Shown in pieces: positions 56,066 to 64,000 of a stretch of 64,000 nt of DNA. Location: sequence record MG748548; one strand, given 5' to 3'. The notes under the pieces were generated by a model. That model was not told where the DNA came from, made no database searches, and saw nothing but the letters and a program-made list of their open reading frames with translations. How positions within the stretch are numbered: the first letter of the stretch is position 1; each line of letters opens with the position of its first letter. This stretch comes from Escherichia phage EP335. The translations under genes were made by a program, and so were the position numbers.

Positions 56066-56336
56066 TAGCTACTCGCAAGTCTTCATTAGCACGAGCAAGG
56101 CGTTTAACTTCATGATCAAGGCTGATAAGGCGCTTATTTCTATCTTCAACCTGTTCAACCAGATCAAAAAGCTCAACTCTCACCTTTTCTGTATACATCT
56201 CCTCTACTTTAACCAGACTGTTATAGCGACGTTCCCAGCTGGCTGCTTTATTGCGTAGCATAATAAAACCTAACACAGCAACAGTTAACAGCAATACAAG
56301 TAAGAATTTATATACTTCAATACTCATCTTATTCAC
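56031..56336 (-). CDS. Membrane-anchored coiled-coil protein
   Basis: N-terminal TM FLLVLLLTVAVLGFIM followed by a charged heptad region. Confidence 0.45.
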   Translation of the reverse strand: MNKMSIEVYKFLLVLLLTVAVLGFIMLRNKAASWERRYNSLVKVEEMYTEKVRVELFDLVEQVEDRNKRLISLDHEVKRLARANEDLRVAIAKQQEINSEG

Positions 56337-56525
56337 CTTTAAAGTAAGTTATTATAAGAAATATTATTTAGAATTATTATTTTCTAAACATAATTTCTAT
56401 AATCTTTTTCAGAGGTCTATATACAGTCATTACCCCTAGTTCCAAATTGCTTCCACTTTTCAGCGACTATTTTCTAAGTGGTTGGTTTATAAGGGAATTT
56501 AGTTTGTCAATTCTGGCACCTATGA

Positions 56526-56912
56526 TTATTCATGAGCATCATTATTGAACACTAAATCACCACAATACATCGGATTGGTATACCACTTTGGCACCCCCTC
56601 GCTCTTACTCTGAAAGTAGGTTCCACTATACAGAGGAACATAATTCTTCTTGAGAGCACGTCTAGCAAGCTGTTCGCTTTCCCTTATGGCTTGTTTAGTC
56701 ATAGGATTATCATCACGAATCAACTTTACATAACGCTTAAAAGGTTTCTCCTTTCTAAGTAATACAGGAATCCACTCAAACTGGTTCTTTTGTCTTATCA
56801 CCTGTTCAGCGGTCAGTTTTCGTTGTGACATTCTGTTTATTACGGTATCCGCAACTAGTGCTTTACATGCGGTTGGCTGATTCCCTGCCTCATAATAAAT
56901 AGTCAATGTCAA
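56526..56912 (-). CDS. Cell-wall hydrolase (SleB-like, Hydrolase_2 family)
   Basis: TIYYEAGNQP...ACKALVADTVINRM resembles the SleB-type motif AR.IYAEARGE...AVA.VVLNRV. Confidence 0.55.
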   Translation of the reverse strand: MTLTIYYEAGNQPTACKALVADTVINRMSQRKLTAEQVIRQKNQFEWIPVLLRKEKPFKRYVKLIRDDNPMTKQAIRESEQLARRALKKNYVPLYSGTYFQSKSEGVPKWYTNPMYCGDLVFNNDAHE

Positions 56913-57301
56913 AAGTAGCTGGGCCGTTGTTATCAGAACTTACTACCCCCTATTCTATGGGTACAAAAAAGCCCCAGCCGTAGCCGGGGCAAACCTGAAA
57001 GCAATACATGACTATTGCAGTAAATGCACTCGTAAATGCGCTTACGGCAACGACAAAAGCCGCTCAAAGGCGGCTATGTGGAAGCTTCAAATGGGGAGAG
57101 GGCACGACGCTACAGAAAGAGCGTCATAGTACTAAAAAGAGAGGCTATTGGAGAGGTTACTTATTGCCTTCCTTAATGCCTTGTTTTCTTGTTTAACCAA
57201 TTCGTTTTCTTCTTGCAAGGATGCTACCAGATGGACCAGAACATCAACTACTGCATCACCTTGCCGCATCTCTCTGACTTTATTTAGAATCTCTGAATAA
57301 A

Positions 57302-57745
57302 TCATTTTACCCTCGCCTCTTTGATGGGGTCAATGTATTTTTCAACTCCCCATTTGTGTTTACTATCTGCGTAGAAAACATCAGGTGCACACTGGCTTGT
57401 CTTAGGAAAGGCTTGCGGGTCTTTTGTGCTACCTTTAAACTTCTGCTTACCGCGAGTGCGACCGTTACAAAAGATTTCTAACTTCTTCTCGTCTTCTGTT
57501 TTAGCGCCCCCGCTCTGTAACAAAGAACGCTTATGATCAGCTAACAGCAAGGCATCAGCACGATGGGTACGATGGCCTACACGCTTAGGCACACTAGAAG
57601 GAATATGAGATTCAGCTTCAGCCTTTGCAGCACGACGTTTTAAACTACGCTTGCTGACGTGATTGGTTGCTTTTGGTTTCTCTTTTTCCAGTTCAGAGAT
57701 AGAGAAACAGCGCCCGCCCTTCATGCTGATTTTAGATTTAGCCAT
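57302..57745 (-). CDS. Basic protein (function unknown)
   Basis: 147-aa Lys/Arg-rich ORF. Confidence 0.45.
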   Translation of the reverse strand: MAKSKISMKGGRCFSISELEKEKPKATNHVSKRSLKRRAAKAEAESHIPSSVPKRVGHRTHRADALLLADHKRSLLQSGGAKTEDEKKLEIFCNGRTRGKQKFKGSTKDPQAFPKTSQCAPDVFYADSKHKWGVEKYIDPIKEARVK

Positions 57746-58020
57746 TATCTTATTCCTTTCAGTGATAAGTTATATCGGGCAAGCCCATCAAGGTGACAGG
57801 CTTGAACAAACAACTCAATCAAGTAAACTAAATGATTTCCAACTACGCAACAAAACTGTTCCGTCATCCATCGCTACGCTTAACTGTAGTAGCTTCTTAT
57901 TAATACTACTTACCGTTAAAATCCGTCCAGTTGTAGCTTTACCTTTATTACTATAAAGATACACTACACGACGACTCAATAAACGAGATGGCGCTTTCTT
58001 AAATTCAGATATATTAGTTA

Positions 58021-58245
58021 TCATGATGCTTGATACCTTTGAATATGTTCGATACGGGTGGATTGAGCAAAAGACGCTTTAACAGCCATTTCTTTAACTT
58101 CTTCTTTACGCTGATTAGCGTGTACAGTATCCCAATGTTTATGGTCACGACGTCGCTGTAATATCTTACTACATTTGCGATGGTTTCCACTGCTTCGATG
58201 TTTCTCACAAATAGGACACTTACCAAAATTACTACTAAAGATCAT
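58021..58245 (-). CDS. Small Cys/His-rich basic protein
   Basis: CPICEKHRSSGNHRKC...H...H; zinc-binding-like. Confidence 0.4.
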   Translation of the reverse strand: MIFSSNFGKCPICEKHRSSGNHRKCSKILQRRRDHKHWDTVHANQRKEEVKEMAVKASFAQSTRIEHIQRYQAS

Positions 58246-58469
58246 TTTCTCAATCCCAGCTTGCGTAATACACGGCCTAACATTGTTTCTTGTGTTATGG
58301 TGTAGCTAATTGCTTCACGTTCTAGCATCTCAATTTTCATTGGCGACGGATACCATTCACCGGTAAGCATACATTTGCACTCGACACCATATTTTTTAGA
58401 TAGGCGGTAATGTTGACCGTTGCGAAGGTTTCTATAAACCGTGGTATGTGTAGTTAACATAATCGTCAC
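58242..58469 (-). CDS. Hypothetical protein
   Basis: 75-aa ORF coupled to the downstream gene. Confidence 0.4.
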   Translation of the reverse strand: MTIMLTTHTTVYRNLRNGQHYRLSKKYGVECKCMLTGEWYPSPMKIEMLEREAISYTITQETMLGRVLRKLGLRK

Positions 58470-58569
58470 CTTTGATTAGATTCTTTGATTAGCACACTGA
58501 ATCAATGCACTGATAAAAGAAAAGGCGCTACCCGTTAAGATAGCGCCTTATGTTGTTTATATTGTGGTG

Positions 58570-59481
58570 TTATGCTGCATTTTGACGTGCTGCCATAATC
58601 TCAGCCGCTTTCCGCAAGATCTCTTCTTGCTCAGCCGCCGCCGCTTGTTCTGTACGGATTGCAACCGTTGAAGAGATACGACCGCGCAGATTATCTAACT
58701 TCTCCTGCATTTTTGTGATGGTTGATTCCATTTCATCGGCATAAGAATCCAGTGATTCCAATTCCTTGCTTGATGCGTTCATCAAGTAGTCATCAGAGAT
58801 CGCTACGGTTGAAGCCGTTACTTTCTTAATCAGTGAATCGAAGGACTTCTTAACCTTGCCCACTTCTTCACTAAGGGCAATAGTGTTATCACTGGTAGCG
58901 CCGTTACGTTCATCAGCCAATAATTTGGCTTCAATACGGATTGCATTTAAGCGTTCTACCAGATTGTAAATATCCTGATTAAAATCTTCTTTAACTTTCG
59001 CCGGGATTTGCAGGTGTGCCGCTACGTTATCGTTACAACCTTTGAAGAAGTTAGGATTATCTACTTCGATTTCATCACCTTTGGCGAATTTTTCGAAAGA
59101 GTTAGACCAACGAGCGCGGTTTTGTTCCATTTTCGCCTTAATTTGCGCTTCTTTCGCATCTTCTTTCGCTTTCGCTTCACCTTCCAGATTAATCCACTTT
59201 TTACGACCATTTGCCGCATCAGTGTTATATTTGATAGGAGTTAAGAAAGTAATTGCAGTGGCGATCACATCCATATCGCGGAAACGTTCGGTTAACAGGA
59301 AGTCAACCGCCGCCTGCAATACGTCCAACTTCTTACCGTTGCTACGGAAGTGCTGCAAATGTCCTAACAGGAAGTTAGAAACATCTTGTTTGATCGCCGC
59401 GTTGTTGCTACGAATGTTGTTAGCCAGTGCATTAAAACCAGATTCGTTAACCAGATTAAAGATTTTAGCCATGATATTCAC
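58570..59481 (-). CDS. Hypothetical protein (first gene leftward of the long non-coding region)
   Basis: 303-aa helical, Ala/Lys/Glu-rich ORF; its 5' third (GCCGCCGCCGC) is more GC-rich than the surroundings. Confidence 0.5.
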   Translation of the reverse strand: MNIMAKIFNLVNESGFNALANNIRSNNAAIKQDVSNFLLGHLQHFRSNGKKLDVLQAAVDFLLTERFRDMDVIATAITFLTPIKYNTDAANGRKKWINLEGEAKAKEDAKEAQIKAKMEQNRARWSNSFEKFAKGDEIEVDNPNFFKGCNDNVAAHLQIPAKVKEDFNQDIYNLVERLNAIRIEAKLLADERNGATSDNTIALSEEVGKVKKSFDSLIKKVTASTVAISDDYLMNASSKELESLDSYADEMESTITKMQEKLDNLRGRISSTVAIRTEQAAAAEQEEILRKAAEIMAARQNAA

Positions 59482-60391
59482 CTTTCAATTGTAAGGGCGC
59501 TATTGCCCCGCTCTCTATGAGCTTTTTTAAGTCACTATTGACTTATCGATAACCACTCATTTTTAAGTAGTTATTGATAAGTAAGGGAGTCTTATCAGGA
59601 ATTAACCTTGCTCCCTTATTATCTGCGATGTTTCATCCGGTATCTTTAATTAGTCGCTATAAACTAAGCCGACCTGATAGCGATGATCAATCATCACAAT
59701 AAGGCAGTGTGCCCGACTCTAATTAGTTACTTTATTGTAACCGTCGGTAATATCGTTTACTCTGTTTTCGCTCCCGCCTATCCTTTTGTACCGACTCTTA
59801 ATCGCTAACCATCGCCCACTACGGGAGGTTATTACGAGAAAGTCATCAGCCGTCTAATACATTGACGTTTTATATCTTTCAGCAGGTTTACTACATAAAC
59901 TGACTATGTACGCCATCAATAGTGACCTCAAATCATTCACTTCGTAAACGTTCACACTAAACCTTATTGTTAAATAGCAATTTGCTACTCTTTAACCACT
60001 CCCCGCCGCTCGCAATTGAGCTTGTATTCGTCGGAATTGCCTACCCTGATTAACTTCTTTCACCGTAGCGCCTTGTTAGCGATGACCGCCGCTACCCTTA
60101 ACCGTGGGCGATTAGCTTAAGTCTTTGCGTGCACTCGATGAATCTGCTTATCAGTGGTGACGTTTCCAGTAAGGGATTGTAAGATTGTTTACTCTGATAA
60201 CTTAGAGAATCTTACACCGTTTTATCTGGTATGCTATCCGATGGTTATTATCATCTAGCATATTCAACCGATATAGGAGAATGTTTAAATTGTTAAAGAG
60301 CGGTAAATCTATCAGTGTGCTTTCTCACACTATGCAACTGTTAGCCGTTGTTACGCTGTTCACTTCGCGGTGATTTGCTTAGTGAGTGCTC

Positions 60392-60420
60392 ATTATGAAT
60401 CATGTTGTTTTAGCTGTCAA
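60392..60420 (-). promoter_or_regulatory. Sigma-70-like promoter candidate (TTGACA-17 bp-CATAAT) directing leftward transcription
   Basis: Reverse complement of 60415-60420 is TTGACA and of 60392-60397 is CATAAT, with exactly 17 bp between. Confidence 0.4.
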
Positions 60421-61347
60421 CCGCTTTTTAATCTTTTTCGTCGTTCCCTTTATTGGGAGGAGATATCAATCAGCTATATTTGATTGAAGATTAAGCGGTA
60501 ATGCTTAACTTATGATTCATATTTTTAAAGAGCGGTTACTACACTTTCAGCTTAACACATCGTGTTAGCTTGTCAACCTCTTTTTTATCATCTTCTTTTA
60601 ATTCCGTTCCCTTATCTCGCGTGAATCTTTGCGAAAGGGCAAGACGATAAGTCTGATTTGTCTTTTAGGAATCTAGTGCGCTTTCAAGCATCGACCATTT
60701 GAAAGTATCGAACAAATGAGGCTTATTTTGTTGCTCATCGTCCGCCTGTTTCACGTATGAATCAGGAATCAATTCTAGCGGTCAACTAAGCGCCTTATAG
60801 TAATGACGTTACCGCCACCTGTAAGACAAATCATATTTTTAAAGAGCGTAGCACTTCGTTGTGCGTCTTACCATCGGTATTCCTACCGCTCCCCCGTTGA
60901 AGCCTTTTACCGTGATGCTAATCACCTATCAGGGAGTCTTGTTGCTTGTTGCTTACTGCTTACTACGGGATTCATATTAATATACAGGAAAATTATGTCA
61001 ATACCCTTTTTTCAAATTATTTTACATCTCATTGATTTATAAAGGTTTTTATTTTACTTCACTCTGGAACTAGCAACGATTTATAGGCTGGCAGTGTTAT
61101 AAAGTAACATAAAAAGTATCATAATCGTGACGTAATAGACCACGCGCGGGATAACATACGCAAAACAGGCTGTAAAGCAGTTTCTAACGTCCTGTAAGCC
61201 ATTCTAACGAGCTAAAAGGGGGCAAGGCATACAATCACCCTATAAATGAAAAAAGCCTCATAGAGAGGCTTATAGGAAGGATTTAAAGTATTAGATAGAT
61301 TATGACCATAGGCATGACTACGGCACAATACAGGAGAAAGATTAATC

Positions 61348-61725
61348 CTATGGATTTACACATTGACCGTTACCGGATGCCACTTCATTCATAGACTCAT
61401 CGAACAAGGTTAGGGATGAGCGTAACAGGTGATCAATCATGATTTGCTTGCCAGTGGTTTCATTTACCAGTTGAATAGTTTTATCGAATGATAATACCTG
61501 ATCGAAATCACCAACGTGTAAAATAATAACCTTCGGTGATTGTTTACCAGTATCATAATTTTCTATGAGATAGGTACATTGCAAGCCTTCGATAGTCTTA
61601 GGTGTGAATGTTGCAGCCTTAACACTACCCATAGACGATAGGAGAACACCCAGCAGGAGAACAACCAGAAAGAAGCCTACGAACACTTTTACCACAAATT
61701 TGATAATACCCATGATGATAATCAC
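61348..61725 (-). CDS. Membrane-anchored protein
   Basis: Strongly hydrophobic N-terminus FVVKVFVGFFLVVLLLGVLL followed by a soluble domain. Confidence 0.45.
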   Translation of the reverse strand: MIIIMGIIKFVVKVFVGFFLVVLLLGVLLSSMGSVKAATFTPKTIEGLQCTYLIENYDTGKQSPKVIILHVGDFDQVLSFDKTIQLVNETTGKQIMIDHLLRSSLTLFDESMNEVASGNGQCVNP

Positions 61726-61807
61726 CTATAGTTAGAGAATGTAAGAATAAAGCATATCAGCGACGAATAACGCCACTGTAGCAACGAACAAGCAACGCCA
61801 AAAATAA

Positions 61808-62089
61808 TCATGAATCATCGTTGCCATCCTCGCCAAAAAAGGATATACTGATTTGTTCCACTTCTTCCAGCGACAACAAAATCCCACGTTGGGCTAAATA
61901 CTTCCCAACAGTCAGATAGTCCTGCACTAAACAGACAACAGGAAAGCGGATAGTCTGTATCTCACCTTTAGAAAGAAAAGACAAATAACCAACGTCACTT
62001 GACTCATCAAAGGATAAAGTAACGCCACCGTAATTATGCGTATCAATTAACGCGATAGTTTCATTTCCCATAATGTTTCCAATCCTCAT
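61808..62089 (-). CDS. Hypothetical protein
   Basis: 93-aa ORF coupled to the upstream gene. Confidence 0.45.
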   Translation of the reverse strand: MRIGNIMGNETIALIDTHNYGGVTLSFDESSDVGYLSFLSKGEIQTIRFPVVCLVQDYLTVGKYLAQRGILLSLEEVEQISISFFGEDGNDDS

Positions 62090-62961
62090 TATTGTTTAGC
62101 ACTGATACAATCAGCCAGATTAAAATGAATGGTGTACATCGCATTATTTTCGCTATTGTAAACCGTGGTAGCGAGCATTGATTCATTCATCGGGCCATAG
62201 CTGACCAGATTAGTGACAGCTTTCGCATGGCTGTAACGTTGTACAGTACCAAATGTGACTAGTTCGGGATCATTATCAGTACGCTTTAATAACAGATCTT
62301 CATTGCCCTGATTATCTAGTGTTTTGGTACTAACGACCAGACCATCACGGGAAACATTACTAAATTTAACCTTTAAAACGACCTGATTGGTGTCACTATC
62401 CGCACCATTACAGACTAGCCATTGCTTAGGTGCAACCTTAACGAATAGATTAGCGGCATCACTAGCAACAGGAGCAGGACTAGCAATAGCGTTATCAGAG
62501 ATAGCACCAACGACAGCACTGACACCGATAGCTGCAACCAGTGCATAACTTGCAAGGTTGACAGACTTCATAATCTTACCTGCAATAGAAGGCTTGCTAT
62601 CTTTCTTCTTCATGTTCTGGATAGCTTCAACCATAGCAGACAAGCGGGATAATAATGCGTTAACATCACGGCAAGATTCAGGCCAATCGTTTTGAGTCCA
62701 ACTATCTAAGTTAGCCTGAATGTAACAGTTAATAGCGTCCTGCATATCGGTAAAACCATTCTCTTTGAATGACTCACTATCTTCACACTGTAAAGCGTTC
62801 GCAGCAGAATCGATGATAAGACAAGCCAGAATAATAGAGTTTTTAAAGCTGGTACGGGCTTGCTGGTTATCCATCCATTGAGTAGGCACACCAACGGAAA
62901 GACCTAACGGGGAAAGTTTTTCATTTGCTTGATTCAGATGTTTGATTGCTAACTTTGACAT
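62089..62961 (-). CDS. Hypothetical protein (most upstream gene of the leftward block in this window)
   Basis: 290-aa ORF directly left of the non-coding region 62962-63830. Confidence 0.5.
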   Translation of the reverse strand: MSKLAIKHLNQANEKLSPLGLSVGVPTQWMDNQQARTSFKNSIILACLIIDSAANALQCEDSESFKENGFTDMQDAINCYIQANLDSWTQNDWPESCRDVNALLSRLSAMVEAIQNMKKKDSKPSIAGKIMKSVNLASYALVAAIGVSAVVGAISDNAIASPAPVASDAANLFVKVAPKQWLVCNGADSDTNQVVLKVKFSNVSRDGLVVSTKTLDNQGNEDLLLKRTDNDPELVTFGTVQRYSHAKAVTNLVSYGPMNESMLATTVYNSENNAMYTIHFNLADCISAKQ

Positions 62962-63165
62962 TTTCGCTAATCCTTTCGGTTGATGTGAACTACAAACTAC
63001 ACTCGCAACTATATATTAAAGGAAAAAACTGTCAACTATTTATTTTCTAACTTTCTTATAACTCACTGAATCATAAAGGAATTTAATTTACTAAACTTTC
63101 TCATTCAGGGCATAGCTTACTACTCTTATTGTTACTTTATAACATAACGCCAGACCAACGGGGAG

Positions 63166-63236
63166 AACGTGCCGCATAAACAGATCTACGGGGCAACGGT
63201 ACAACGCAACCAGCACGGGGGAGTATAAACGGGTAA
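63166..63236. repeat. Cluster of four ACGGGG-type short repeats
   Basis: caACGGGGag, ctACGGGGca, gcACGGGGga, aaACGGGtaa at ~20-27-bp spacing. Confidence 0.5.
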
Positions 63237-63600
63237 CATATAATGTATGTTGTTACATGATGCTATTGTTAGCGGCTTGCGGAAGTAATATACCAATCAA
63301 ATATTTCGCTACTGACGTAGCTCATATGCTTCACTCATCAAACTATCACGCACTGCGTGCAACGCTGAAAAAGAAAAGATTAAAAGAATAACATAAAGAA
63401 ACAATTAAAAGAATAATAATAACATCAATTATTAAATCCAATCTAATTAATACATACATCATTAATCCACTCATAATCATCACACTAATCATTATTTACA
63501 TTCAAACTATGGGGCGATGTGATTGTTACTATCCGGTATTATTAGTCATGAAATGGTGTGCCCTGTACAGTGCTGGCCTCTCATACCCTCCCAATTAATG

Positions 63601-63707
63601 AATGAAATAAACGGGGCAAAAGTAATGGGTACTATATTACACGGGGTAATGATTGCACGGGATAGGACACGGGGGGAGGTTAGGCATTCAGGCACGTTCA
63701 CGGGGAA
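63601..63707. repeat. Cluster of five (C)ACGGGG-type short repeats
   Basis: ACGGGGc, acACGGGGt, gcACGGGat, acACGGGGgg, tcACGGGGaa at ~13-30-bp spacing. Confidence 0.5.
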
Positions 63708-63830
63708 GTAAGGAAGTGAGGGAATAGCCATAAAATAAATGAGGACTCCCCCTTTTTGGGAAACGCGCGCGAGGCGGCTAGGCACACTCGGTCAAATCAG
63801 AATTTTAAACTGTTATATATAAGGTTGAAT

Positions 63831-63977
63831 ATGAATCTCGATACTAAAGAGTTTATTAAAATTGCAATAGAAGATAACTTAAAGAAGATTGGTGATATTT
63901 CTTTATCAGATAGAGAACGGGTGGAATCAGCTCAGATGCTAGTGTTACTAACCAAAGCTTTACGGGAGGTGGAATGA
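63831..63977 (+). CDS. Small protein, first rightward gene after the strand switch (49 aa)
   Basis: Internal ATG of track ORF 63756..63977 (MNLDTKEF...); the stop overlaps the next start (GGAATGA). Confidence 0.4.
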   Translation: MNLDTKEFIKIAIEDNLKKIGDISLSDRERVESAQMLVLLTKALREVE

Positions 63978-64000
63978 ATCTAGTTAAAGTGTTTAGACGG

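Noticed and set aside
18264-62961. Search for a phage-encoded single-subunit RNA polymerase (T7-like), prompted by the T7-like replication genes.
   Set aside because: No ORF of suitable size or motif content was found in the window; a sigma-factor-based strategy with host RNAP fits better, though such a gene could lie outside the window.
63160-63720. Repeat-rich non-coding region considered as a CRISPR array.
   Set aside because: Repeats are only 6-9 nt, irregularly spaced at 13-30 bp, with no spacer-like unique units of uniform length and no cas genes nearby.

Overview
This window reads as a tailed-phage genome segment with two oppositely oriented blocks. Gene content and a recurring TAATGTATA promoter-like motif recall phiEco32-like (Kuravirus) podophages, but that is from memory and no database search was possible. 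Positions 1-18200 (+ strand) hold a late/structural module: a tail fibre with collar and C-terminal intramolecular-chaperone domains, a GH24 endolysin, an Ig-like (Big_2) 1006-aa protein, a lytic transglycosylase, Q/N/G-rich virion proteins and a 1473-aa coiled-coil protein, punctuated by UUCG/CGAA-loop hairpin terminators. Positions 18264-62961 (- strand) hold early/middle genes: HNH endonucleases, a flap endonuclease, an ECF-like sigma factor, a spanin pair, a T7-like primase-helicase and a T7-family DNA polymerase split into separate exonuclease and polymerase genes about 7.8 kb apart. The same block carries dCTP deaminase, a ThyX-like protein, thioredoxin, PhoH, a Dps-like protein, one tRNA-Arg(UCU) and many small genes, several under the 60-aa ORF-track cut-off. 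The most unusual content is (i) a cluster of amide-bond enzymes (GGCT-like, ATP-grasp, Ntn-type glutamine amidotransferase apparently starting at an ATT codon, two GCS2-like amidoligases), (ii) an 11-member family of small paralogous proteins in three arrays, two of them followed by a conserved ~130-bp non-coding element, (iii) a perfect 55-bp tandem duplication that frameshifts a DUF3310-like gene, and (iv) two long non-coding regions (59482-61347 and 62962-63830) with repeated motifs. All domain calls rest on motifs recognised by eye in the translations.
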